NCBI RefSeq assembly: GCF_006345805.1
Contig: NC_043005.1
Span: 73,346,001-73,410,000, forward strand
Reading direction: 5' to 3'
DNA length: 64,000 nt
Source: Octopus sinensis
Lineage: Eukaryota
Notes under the pieces: generated by a model
Seen by the model: the letters and a program-made list of their open reading frames with translations, nothing else
Databases searched by the model: none
Told to the model about the DNA's origin: nothing
Shown: positions 14,795 through 27,162 of the stretch, one piece after another
How the letters are laid out: every line of letters begins with the position of its first letter
How positions within the stretch are numbered: the stretch's first letter is position 1
Position numbers and translations under genes: made by a program

Positions 14795-14839
<45 letters not shown>

Positions 14840-14917
14840 TTATTATTATTATTATTATTGTCACTCATCGTTATTATCACCGTTGATAGTGAGGTTGTTG
14901 TTTTTATTATTAAGTTA

Positions 14918-15135
14918 TTAAGGCGGCGAACTGGCAGAATCGTAAGCACGCCGGCCGAAATGCACAGCGGTAGTTCGTCTGCCGCTACGATTTGAGTTCA
15001 AATTACACTGAGGTCACCTTTGGCTTTCATCCTTTCGGGGTTGATCAACGAGGGACCAGATGCGCACGGGGGTCGTTGTAATTGACTGTTCCCTCATCCA
15101 ATATTTCACTCCTTGTGCCTATAGTAGAAAAGATT
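14918..15135 (+). mobile_element. OR-like SINE (duplicate 1)
   Basis: AGGCGGCGAACTGGCAGAATCGT head, GAGTTCAAAT B-box, CCTTGTGCCTATAGTAGAAAAG tail. Confidence 0.85.
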
Positions 15136-15250
15136 CTTCTTCTTCTTCTTCTTCTTATTATTATTATTATTGTTATTATTATTATTATATATTATTATTA
15201 TTATTGTAATTATTATTATTATTATGATTATTATTATTATTATTATTATT

Positions 15251-15286
<36 letters not shown>

Positions 15287-15332
15287 GCTGTTGCTGTTGT
15301 TGTTGTTATTATTATTATTATTATTGTTATTA

Positions 15333-15379
<47 letters not shown>

Positions 15380-15455
15380 TTATTATTATTATTATTGTCA
15401 CTCATCGTTATTATCACCGTTGATAGTGAGGTTGTTGTTTTTATTATTAAGTTAT

Positions 15456-15672
15456 TAAGGCGGCGAACTGGCAGAATCGTAAGCACGCCGGCCGAAATGC
15501 ACAGCGGTAGTTCGTCTGCCGCTACGATTTGAGTTCAAATTACACTGAGGTCACCTTTGGCTTTCATCCTTTCGGGGTTGATTAACGAGGGACCAGATGC
15601 GCACGGGGGTCGTTGTAATCGACTGTTCCCTCATCCAATATTTCACTCCTTGTGCCTATAGTAGAAAAGATT
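15456..15672 (+). mobile_element. OR-like SINE (duplicate 2)
   Basis: Near-identical to 14918-15135. Confidence 0.85.
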
Positions 15673-15711
15673 CTTCTTCTTCTTCTTCTCTTCTTCTTCT
15701 TCTTCTTCTTC

Positions 15712-15753
<42 letters not shown>

Positions 15754-15769
15754 TATTATTATTATTATT

Positions 15770-16243
15770 GTTCAGTAGTTTTATTTTTATAGCGTGCTTT
15801 CACTTCACTACCGAGCGCAGCTCTGTGTGCCCTGGGTATGTGCTGTGATTTGTTGTGATGCTCTGATGGTTATTGTATGGAAAGTGTTCTGCGTAGGATG
15901 TGTGCAGTGCCTAGTAGTGCAATTTTCTGTATGTTATATGTGTTTGTAAGTCCTGGTGTTTTTGTTGTGTATTTGCCTGAATATTTTTTTATCATGTCTA
16001 ATGCACCTACTATGATAGGAATTGTTTCTATTTTCAGATTCCACATTCTAGTTACCTCTATTTCCAGGTCTTTGTATTTTGAGAGTTTCTCCATTTCTTT
16101 TAGAGACACGTTGTCATCTGCCGGTATTGATACATCAATTAGAAAGCATTTTTTTTCTTCATGATCTCTATATCTGGTCTGTTGGCCTTAATTTCTCTAT
16201 CTGTGTGTATCGGCATATCCCAGAGTATGGTTGCTTTCTCGTT
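15770..16243 (-). mobile_element. 5'-truncated R4/Dong-like non-LTR retrotransposon (restriction-like endonuclease end)
   Basis: Minus strand reads ILWDMPIHTDREIKANRPDI...LIDVSIPADDNVSLKEMEKLSKYKDL...IPIIVGALD...IQKIALLGTAHILRR, a PD-(D/E)xK RLE C-terminus. It ends in (AAT)n. Confidence 0.85.
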
Positions 16244-16254
16244 TTCTTCTTCTT

Positions 16255-16334
<80 letters not shown>

Positions 16335-16467
16335 CATCATTATTATTATTATTATCATTATTATTATTATTATTATCATTATTATTATTGTTATTATTAT
16401 TATTATTATTATTATTAATCATTGTGATTATTATCGTTGATATTGAGGTGGCTGTTTTTTATTATTA

Positions 16468-16675
16468 AAGCGGCGAGCTGGCCGAATCGTTAGCATATAG
16501 AGCAAAATGCTTAGCGACATTTCGTCCGTGTGTACGATCTGTGGCCAAATTCCGTCGAGGTCGACTTTGCCTTTCATCCGTCTCGGTGTCAATTGAACGG
16601 CTACCAGTTGAACACTCTGCCCTGCACCCCGCCCCCCCCATCAAAAAATCTGCTGGCCTTGTGCGAAAATTTAAA
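16468..16675 (+). mobile_element. OR-like SINE
   Basis: GCGGCGAGCTGGCCGAATCGTTAG head and GTCGACTTTGCCTTTCATCC body. Confidence 0.8.
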
Positions 16676-16858
16676 ATCATATTAATACACACTCTCACAA
16701 CCATACAAACACACACACACACATGTGCATATTGGTGGGAGATGAAGATGATGACGAATATGTGCTTATGTTTCGACTTCTATCTTTATGTTTACATCAA
16801 CAAACCTATGAATATATCACGTCTTTGCACATAGAATTTGAATAGGTTAATAAATAGG

Positions 16859-17160
16859 CAGTGCTACTCAAAGAGGTGGACCGCGGACCGGTGCCGGTCC
16901 GCGAGCCATCAGCTACCAGTACGTGGCAAGTTTCCAGAAAAGAAAGAACATTAGAAAATTCTGATAAAATCCTTATGCAGTATTGTATTATTTGTTTACA
17001 AAATAAATATAAGATTTTTAAAAATTGTCAATTTTTATTATATTCGTTATATATATTGTTTCCACTCTAAATTAATATTACTAAGAAATATTACCGGTTC
17101 CTGGCACATTGGAAAAAAATGTACGTCGGTACTCCACATCAAATAGTTTGAGAAGCACTG
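16859..17160. mobile_element. hAT-like non-autonomous element
   Basis: TIRs CAGTGCTACTCAAA / TTTGAGAAGCACTG resemble hAT (Charlie-type) ends. No 8-bp TSD is recognisable. Confidence 0.6.
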
Positions 17161-17394
17161 GGTTAATCTATAACGCATTTGTTACGTTTTATGTTTTAAG
17201 TAGTATGTGAACCGCTAATCATATTTCGTTGTTTTTACATATAATTTCACTTAAGTATATAATGCAACGTTTCTTCTTTAATTCAATCCTTTGAATTGGC
17301 ACCGTAAATCTTTAAGCTTCAAGTGCTATGCATATATGTATAAGTCATTGTGTCAATGTACATACATATTTGTGAAAGTGCACGCACGTATGTG

Positions 17395-17427
<33 letters not shown>

Positions 17428-19296
17428 GTATGTATATGTGTGTGTAAGTATATATATATTTATATAAATATATATATATATTTATATAATGTCTGTGTTG
17501 TGTGTGTGTCTATATTTTCTTATTTATACATTTTGTGTGTGTTTCCATGCTTGTGTCTGTATGTAGTCTGTGTATATTTTTCTGAACAGATGTTGAAGCA
17601 AAGAACAAGAAAAAATTTAACAAGAGCGAAGTTAGATGAGAACCAATAACTCGATGAGTCCGCAAGTTTCAGAACCGAAAGGAACTGAATATTTTATTCA
17701 CTGTACAAAGAAACAGGAATTATAATTTCATCAACAATTCTGTGAACAGATAAAAAGGTTGTGTTCTACAAAACCTAAGAATAATTCAATAAATGATGTA
17801 CGTTTCCTGTCAGGAAATAAGAGTCTTTTTTTTTTATTTCAGAGATTTTTCTCTGAGGAATGAAGAACGTTAACACATCATCATACACACGCACGAACGT
17901 TCTCGAGCAAACACACGCACGCACGCACGCACACACAAACACACATGTATATATGTGTGTATATATGCGTGTGTGTGTGTGTGCGTGTGCGTCACGCATA
18001 TGTACTGGCAAAGAAATGTGTTTCGTCTTTTAACCATTTTTTCTGATAACCCTTTCCAATGCAGTTTGAATTAACTTGAAAAATATTTATAACGGAATGT
18101 TTTTATTTATAATTTTTTTATTTGTTTCCATTTTTGCTTTTGGAACAGTCATCTTTCTCTACAAATTCTATTTATCATTTTCGAAATTTGAATGAATTTT
18201 ACTTCTTTTTAGACGTATGACGTTGTGCCAAGTGGATAAAAAAAAAACGAACGAATTTATCTGACAACCTAATACATACATGTATTCATCCACGTATGCT
18301 TGCATACATTCATACATACATATATGCATACATGCATACATATGCATATACATATACTTATAAATTCGTGTGTGTGCGTCTGTGTGTGAATAAGCTTGTG
18401 AATATGGATATAAATAGAAAAATATCTTAAAAACACACACATATGCATATACACACTCCGATATATATACTATTATATTTATATTGACATATCAATAACG
18501 TCATAATGTAGAATATATGACATTTCAAATATACATACTGACTTTAGTTCATATGGTTGCTTGATTTGCTACAAAGCAGTAACCACATCTCCTTCGAATC
18601 ATAAATATACCGTTTCGCAATGAACATTTTGGTTTCTCGAGCTAACCATTGAAAGAAAAAAAAAACATGAATAACAAGAAAATGAAGATTTGGTTTATTC
18701 TGGGTATGATGTAAACCATAATCTTTATCGTTAAGCTGAAATATTTTCGATCACAGATCTGCTGGATCAGGATGACAAACAACAGAATAACAAAAACACT
18801 CAATCACTCACACATAAGTAGGCCGTATTACACAAAAAGGTCAATGTTTGAGGCCTTTCGTCTGGGGTCTGTTTCATTATCACCAACGTAAATATTGTGA
18901 ATTGTCTTTCACTCCTTTGCAGGTGTAGGAATCAGTCAAATATAATCCTTCGAAAAGATACAGGTTGTTGACAAACCTCTCTCGAATTATTACCAAACGT
19001 CTGTTATTCTCTCTTCCATTTATATATATATAGTCATAGAAGTATATGCACTTTCACGTACATATCACACAAATACACCCACGCACACACACACGCACAC
19101 ATACCTACATGCACTCGCTCACTAGTACACTCACGCATTCTTCCAGTCATTGGATAGTTACACCCTCTATATAAAACAAACAAACACTTGTCTAGTCAAC
19201 CACCACCTTGTCTTTTTATCATACTAACATTCATACCCTCACAACCTTTACTCTACACAGTCTCTCTCTCCCTCCCTCTGTCACTCTATATCTCTT

Positions 19297-19332
<36 letters not shown>

Positions 19333-19914
19333 TCTTTCACTGTTTGGCTCTCATTTGGATTCAAACCTTTGGTTTACCCCCGTCTTACTTTCATTTCCAC
19401 AGTCACTTCTACTTGACCGCCGCTCACTTTACAGAGTCAGATAACCCCTGCGCTTAGTTGTTTCCGATTACTCCCCCCCCTTATCTTCTCTTTAAAAAAA
19501 GAAGGATCACCTTTATACTTTTTCCCTTCTAGTTTTCCTATTTCCCTCAGCACGTACATATACACGTCTTAGGTTTCCTTTTCTATCTCCTCTCGCTTTA
19601 CATTTTAGTTTTACTAGCTGCTGGAACCTTTTACCATTTTCTCATACGTTTACTAATTTCTAGGACTTTTTTTTATTATCTTCTAAAAACTTCCTTTTTA
19701 TTACGACATTTAACCATCTAAAATTATATTCTCTCATTTCCGAATTTCAGTATTTCGAAAATCTTTAGTCCGTCCCCTGTTGTTTGATGTTCGGAGACTA
19801 GAAAAATTACCATTTCCACCCCCAACTTCGGTTTCTTTATACACCTTCACACATGTAAATTATATATTTTACCAAAATTTCACCATATTACAGCGCTTTG
19901 TTAACAAATTTATC

Positions 19915-20295
19915 CAGGTGTAACTCTGTGATAAGATGTTTGCTTCCAAACCATGTGACTCTGGATTCAGTCCCATTGCATGAAACCTTAGTCTGAGGCC
20001 GATTAAAGCCTTGTGAGGGAGGTTTGCAGACAGGAGCTATACGAGAGTAGTGTACGTATGCGTGCGTGTGTGTGTACGTGTACGTGTATGTGTGTCACTA
20101 CTGCTTGACAACCGGTGCAGGTTTATCTACGTCCCCGTAACTTACCAGTTCCGCAAAAGAAACCGATAAAATAAACAACAGTCTTAAAAAATAAATAGTT
20201 GTCTCGATTTGTTCGACTAAACTCTCCAAAACAGTACCACAACATGGTCGCAGTCCAATGACTGAAGCAAGTAAAAGTTTAAAGATAAAAGATAC
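19915..20295 (+). mobile_element. Diverged OK-like SINE
   Basis: Family body and a CATGGTCGCAGTCCAATGACTGAAGCAAGTAAAAG tail. Confidence 0.75.
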
Positions 20296-20334
20296 ACACA
20301 CACAGAGGGAGAAACACCCACGCATACACACACA

Positions 20335-20380
20335 AACACGGTGCCCCAGCATGGCCACAGCTCAAGAGCTGAAACTGGAA
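20335..20380 (+). mobile_element. Isolated CR1-like LINE 3' tail
   Basis: CGGTGCCCCAGCATGGCCACAGCTCAAGAGCTGAAAC matches the tail of the LINE at 48161-48200. Confidence 0.55.
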
Positions 20381-22738
20381 AGCATTTTCATAAACACAGT
20401 CGCACAGTTACGTGCGCACACGTACACGCTTGCACTTATGCTCTTACAGCCTTATAAACATGCTTCCACACAATCCATCTACAAATTACACACGCTCAAA
20501 CATCCCCCTAACACTACGAACCAACGCTGCAATACTTCCACACCTGTACACATTTATTCACATACACACAGCACACCTGTACAAACGCTTTCAGCCTTAA
20601 ACTTTACGTCCGCTTCCATACTGGGAACCATTTCGATACGTGAAGTTACAACAACCTCATCCTCCGTCCTCATCCCGTCCACTGATTTTTTCAGGTTCCT
20701 TTGTTTTTAAATGCATGTAGCTTTGTAATAATTGTTAAGATTGCACATTTCCTAATTTTTGTCTCTTCTTTCTATACTCGTGCTTTTTCACCCTAACTAC
20801 CCTTCAAAACGCATTTGATTTTTCTTTTGCTTTATGATGAGCGACAAATTTTCGAAACGTTAAATCACTTCTCAAAAACATTTAACTCCTACCACATTCC
20901 TCATCTCTTAAATATAGAACTGTATTACCACATGTTTATCCCCATTCTCTCTCTGCATCTCTCTTTCTCCCCACATAGATATATCTATTTTTATATGTAT
21001 ATATATATATATATATATAATCAGACCCCAGTTGCCGAATACAAGCCACACTCTTGAAACTCACAGTACCAAGGATATATATATATATATATCGCTGGAA
21101 GTATGTAAGTATGTTCTGTACAGAAAGTTACAGTTGGACACATAAACGAAGATTCGACAAGGATAAATCTTAGTTGCTTTTTTAAAGAAGCCTTTTCATA
21201 AAGTTTGATTTTTTTTTAAAGTATCTCATTGATCGCAGTTTGCATTAATGTTTGCTGACCATTTTATACACGTGTATGTAAAGTATCTTTAATCTAGAAA
21301 AATAATGTATGGATAAACAATTACAGTAAATCGAATCGTGTGTAGATCGCTATTGTTTTCAACTGATGCCATGTATAAACTTTGTTTGTAAACATGAGCT
21401 TACTATTTTCTTAATTTGAGCAACTTTTCTATTGTAAATGTTTAACTTTTAAAGTTAGGAATCCTATTCTGTTATCACATTGAATTATCACATGTGTAAA
21501 TTGGAACTGACACTGCGAACTTTGAATGTGCGTGTGCATTTCAAGAAATATAGAAAATTATTTCTGAATGTGTTTCGTATGAATAAAAAATTGATTTTGT
21601 GCGTGTCTTTTTTTTAATAAAAATATTTGTCTCATTCCTTTGGACGATATTGTAAAAATCGTATTTTACATTCTAAATATGTCACGTTCAATTATACTTT
21701 GTATTTCGGGTAATATCACCTACAGGGTTCAGTAAAATTCTATAGCAGACCAAGAAAACGGATTCATGGAATAATTAAAGTATCAGACGCCAAAATTAGC
21801 AGTATTTTGTTTAGGTTCTATGGCGTCTGGGTTCAAATACCATTAAAGTCAATGTGGCCTCTAATCTTCTTAGGACCGATAAAAAGTACCTGTTTCGTAG
21901 GTTGGATTAACGGAATTTTAAGAACATCAAACGAAAATTCCTTATCGTATTTCTTCAAGTCGGTTTCATTCTGAATTCTTGTGTGGTAAACTTAATCCGT
22001 CATGCGGTTTAAGACCACCACCTACTCATTCTGGGCCTTTTACGAAGTTCAAACTGTTGCAAGCATTCGGGTCAGGTATTCAGTTCCTCTTTCCTCCTAC
22101 CAGTCACAGAAGCCCTGAAAAATAAATGGTCATGGGCGCTCCCCTTAATTTATGCTACAGAGCAATTTAACATTGTAGTTTTTAACGGTAAAAATCTTAT
22201 AGAATATCCTATTGCTCTTAATGAGTTAAAACGAACCTACACACAATATTCATATTTATATTTTGGTGAAGATTGTAACGTAAGAACACCATATTTTCTG
22301 ATCTCTATGTTTTAAACTTTGGAAATTGCGATTCTAATTACGAAATGAAATTCATGGTGAGGCTTTATGAATATGGTTCGAGTGTATCATTTGAATAAAG
22401 GTTTAAATATAAACTTTGATGATCAATGAGACGAAAATATTTAATTTAGGAGCAATTTTTTCTATACTTGTTATCGCCAAAGTTTAAAGCATAGATTTCG
22501 AGATAACTTTCTAAAACAAAACAAAAAAAAAATCATTTTAAAATCACATGAAAATAAGAATTAAAAAATACATATAGAGAGATTGCTTATTGCACAACTC
22601 AGGACTTTTTATTTGTTTCTTTGCAACATTGCTATTATGTCTAAAAAAATTTGTATAATCTTTTTTTCTTTATATCGCTGGTTTCGCAACACTGGCGCTA
22701 ATCTAGCAGAATTGCCAATGTAATTTGAACATCTAATT

Positions 22739-22970
22739 TGCATTCTATAACTGCTAAACATCCTTTGCTAATGATCAGAGCGTAAGATTACATAACTATA
22801 TATTTTATGAAGAAAAATTCTTCTTATTGTATTTTACACGGTTTTGTGTCTATATGAATGATATGAATGTACGCACACACTCACACATACCTGCAAGCAC
22901 ACACTCATCACACACATGTATACTTGCAGATATCTGCATAAATATATATATACATATATGCATACATACA

Positions 22971-23038
<68 letters not shown>

Positions 23039-23173
23039 TGCGTACATTCATATCATTCATATAGACACAAAACCATGTAAAATACATAAGAAGAATTTTT
23101 CTTCATAAAATATATAGTTATGTAATCTTACACTCTGATCATTACAAAGGATGCTTAGCAGTTATAGAATGCA
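22739..23173. repeat. Long inverted repeat (about 135-bp arms) around a CA/TA tract
   Basis: 22739-22874 is the reverse complement of 23039-23173 with a handful of differences. Confidence 0.9.
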
Positions 23174-24221
23174 TATATATATATGTGTGTGTGTATGTAT
23201 ATATATATATATTATATATATATATATAATATATATATATATATGTAACTACGGCAGTATTTGCATAATATTAAGGTCGCAATTTACTCATACGCAGCAT
23301 ATTTCAGAGCTTGTCCCAGATAGTTCTTAACCAAATTCAAAGGTGTTAAAAGTTTTGAAGTGGTCTGGTCCCTAGCTACATTTTGGCCTAAAAAATTGTG
23401 ATTTGATCCAGTAGAAAAAAGTTTATATCAAAATTGGTAGCAACCTTATAGGAGAGTATATAACGGCCACCAATCAAGTTTATATCTAAATAACTTTCGG
23501 TAAATATATTTACCTTAGCTTCAACGTAGAAGAAAGCGTGAAGAATTTCATAGTTTTGTTACCATGCAGCAAAAGTTTGTATCAAAAACGTTGTAAGGTA
23601 AAATATCGTGAAAGGAAATATAAGGCAAACATTTGGATTTAAGTATAATTAAATTTTTATTTTAAAAACAAACTATATTTTAATTAATCTTATATGATAG
23701 AGCTCAATTCGAGGAATTTCATGGTATCAATCTTATGCAATGAAGACTTAAAAGAAAAAAGTTATGAGTGTTTATTTCTCAAATTTGAGGGTGATAATAT
23801 AGTTCTATACTTTTTTTATGAATATAGCTTTATAATGGGACTTTTCGTATATGTCATCTGCGTCATTGAGATAAGGAAAAAAAAATTGGCATATTTGATA
23901 CCTTATTAATTAGCATAATACCAGGAAAAACCATGGATTACATGAAAAATGCCGGCAAGAGGAATATTATTCTCAAGATGATAAATCTGAAGAATTACAG
24001 GGCAAGTTTTTACACTTGGAAAAGTTCAGCACAGCTTATTACATCTGATAAAGTACAGACCAAAAAAGTATTTTACTTAAAATATTGCAGCTAAGGATAA
24101 AATTTGAATATTAAATTTTAATTTAGAAAATAACATTATAATTAAAAAACAAGTACCGTCATTTTGTTAAAATATCGACCCACTAGAATACTTGAAAAAC
24201 GTACTAATATAGCTAACGGTT

Positions 24222-24352
24222 TCCTCGCCGTCGATTTTCCCTTTCATCCTTTCGGGGTCGATAAATTAAGTACCATTTGCGTGCTATGGTCGATCTAATC
24301 GACTGGCTCCCTCCCCCAAAATTGCGGGCCTTGTGCCTAGAGCAGGAAAGAA
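24222..24352 (+). mobile_element. OR-like SINE 3' part
   Basis: CTTTCATCCTTTCGGGGTCGATAAATTAAGTACC...GGCCTTGTGCCTAGAG. Confidence 0.8.
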
Positions 24353-25137
24353 TATAGCTAAAGTTTTATGCAAAGTAAAGTAGTATATATGGAAGGCAAA
24401 TTCATTATGTACAAAATGGGTATTGGGTCAAGACTAAAATTTGAAGACTTGGCAATAATTTAGACAATAGCTCAAGCAAATTTTACTGTGAATTTGTTGT
24501 TTTGGGTAGATTTTACTGTAATATATAACTAATTTTTGTAGTATTCTATTTATTGTACTAACTAATTATGTACTACTATTATTTTTATAACATATTTTCA
24601 AATTTCTAATTATTAATTAATTTTTTTTATTATTATTTTTTTTTTGAAAGGGAAAACATTTTGAGTTATTTTTTATTTTTAATAGATGTAACAAGCAATA
24701 AAAAATAGAAGTAATAACTTGTAATAGAATATTTAGTTTTAATAAATGCTAATAATTTCTGAATCTAAATATTTTATTTGAAATTTTATCCTTAGTTGCA
24801 ATATTTTAATCAAAAATTTTCTTGTTCTATATTTCGCCAGTTATACTAAAATTTTCCAAGTGAAATAACTGTTTCTGTTATTTTCCATTCTTACGTTGCA
24901 CTTCCACTAAATATATCTACTTCCATTCATTTAAGCTTTATCCTAATTCACCTGTATCACTCTATTATTAGTTTTCTGCTAATTTCTTTCTTTCTCCTCC
25001 ATCTCTTTCTATAAACTACCTTTGACGTTATATATACTAACAGTTTAAAAAAAAAAAACTAGATATGGTTCCCTTCATCATATATGCAGTCATTACAGTC
25101 TGGTAAAATGTCATATTGATGTGTTTGGTTTCTTTCG

Positions 25138-25222
25138 TTCCCTGATGAGAAGATTGCATTGTTTACAACATTTTATTCCTTCGGGAATAATGCCAATGTT
25201 GTCTTCGAAACATATGTCGGAA
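25138..25222 (+). ncRNA. Type I hammerhead ribozyme motif, canonical core (predicted)
   Basis: TTCC-CTGATGA-GAAGA...TCTTC-GAAA-CATATG-TC-GGAA. Stems I, II and III all pair and the cleavage triplet is GUC. Confidence 0.8.
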
Positions 25223-25448
25223 GTAAAATAATTTGAATAACACCTGCGTTTATCCCCATTTATTTATTTATCTATATTATACAAAACCTTTCACCTAAAC
25301 TTGGAGTTTGTACTTTTATAAATAGGCAGCTACATCCTTGTTACTTGTGCGAATTTTTGCTACCCTGGTAACTATTCATTTATCTTTTCTGTGTTATTTG
25401 TAAACACTGGAAAAAGAACCCACATACATTTATATATATGTATATATA

Positions 25449-25810
25449 TGGGTGCAGAAGTGGCTGTATGGTAAGTAGCATGCTAACCATCCACTGCGTG
25501 GTACCTTGGGCAAGTGTCTTCTACTATAGCCTCGAGGCAACCAATAGCTTGTGGATAGATTTGGTGGACGGAAACTGAAATAAGCCTGTCGCATATATAT
25601 ATGTTTGTGTGTCTGTATTTGTCCCCCACCATCACTTCACAACCGATGTTGGCGTGTTTACATCCCCGTAACTTAGAGGTTCGGCAAAAGGGACCGTTAG
25701 AATAAATACAAGGCTTACAACAAATAAGTCGTGGGGTCAATTTGTTCGACTGAAGTCAGTGATCAAGCATGGCTGCAGTCAAATGACTGAAGCAAATAAA
25801 CGAATAAAGG
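25449..25810 (+). mobile_element. OK-like SINE
   Basis: Head GTGGCTGTATGGTAAG, family body, and a GCATGGCTGCAGTCAAATGACTGAAG tail. Confidence 0.85.
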
Positions 25811-26796
25811 AAAATAAATATATATATATACACACACACACTTTCATACATCTGTCTGTGCAGCTAGCATTCTACCAAACCTATTAGTTTGATAGAAGGA
25901 AACCGCATAAATAGAAATCAATACATGATTTTATGTGCATGTGTGTGTGCGTGTGTGTATATATATATATATGTATATATAGAGAGAGGGAGAGAGACTC
26001 GGAAACACACACATATATATGTATATATGTACGTATATATGCAAGCGTGCATGTATGTATCAATGTACTTATACCCGTATGTATGTATGTATGTATGTAT
26101 GTACGTATGTATACGTATGCAGCCAAATACTAATGTCGATTATGGACGCTTTAGTCAATTATAATCTGCCTCCCTGTAAGAGCAGCTTGCTCCGTCGTAA
26201 GAAATTAATGGACTTACACGAAGAAAACAGCCTACGCACACAGCTTTGAACATAGATATATGGTATATTTTGACAATCATATGCAATGCCAATTAATGTG
26301 GCGCCCGGCTTGACAGAAACAGCAGCGAATCTTCTTAAAATCAAACCTGACTGACTTAGAGTATAAACGTCTTTGACTCTCTGCTGTGTGTGCGAAAATA
26401 ATATTGTCTAATATATGAACAAAAATCTAGGCTTCATAACTTGTACTTTTATAAGACAAGACGCCAAATGGTCTTCAAAGAATTCTGAAGCATTCTGAAG
26501 GTGGGCAATGTAGCTTTAGTATATCAAAAACAGTTTTTATTCCTTTTACTTTACTTCCTTACTCTCTCTCTCTATAACACAACTCTCTGAATTTTCCATC
26601 TTTTACAGCATCTTCAGCTCACACACAAGCGCGTGCGAGTAAGCATAGAGATGCGCAAGTAACCATAGAAATGCAAAACATAGTACTCGAATATCGAAGG
26701 GGGATTAATATGGTTTTATTAAAGCTGCAAAATTCTTCACGAACTGTTCGTGAAAGCTTTGGCAGTTTAATAGAAGTGTGTCTGCGTGTATATAAT

Positions 26797-26836
<40 letters not shown>

Positions 26837-26990
26837 TCAGTTGTTCATATGTCTACAAAAGAAGCACACCCTAAAACATTAGTGCAGTAATATATTTTTA
26901 GGAATTTAACTGTTACACACACACATATATATATTACATATACATATCTTTACATATATGTATACATATATGTATATATATATATATATG

Positions 26991-27071
<81 letters not shown>

Positions 27072-27085
27072 TATGTATATGTATG

Positions 27086-27152
<67 letters not shown>

Positions 27153-27162
27153 TATATATATA

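Larger units (their letters stand above)
14552..15770. repeat. (TAT/TGT/TCT)n arrays with a 537-bp-period duplication of an OR-like SINE plus flank
   Basis: Near-identical blocks at about 14859-15140 and 15396-15675. Confidence 0.9.

Noticed and set aside
17580-17650. Possible host exon after TTTTCTGAACAG, and another acceptor at about 18905-18921
   Set aside because: Splice-acceptor-like sequences are common by chance; the frames are short and match no recognisable protein.
17648-17690. CGATGAGTCC...GAACCGAAAG, and ATGATGAGTCC...GGCAGAAACAGCT at about 38764-38805, as hammerheads
   Set aside because: Both cores are mutated and stems I and III cannot be formed convincingly.
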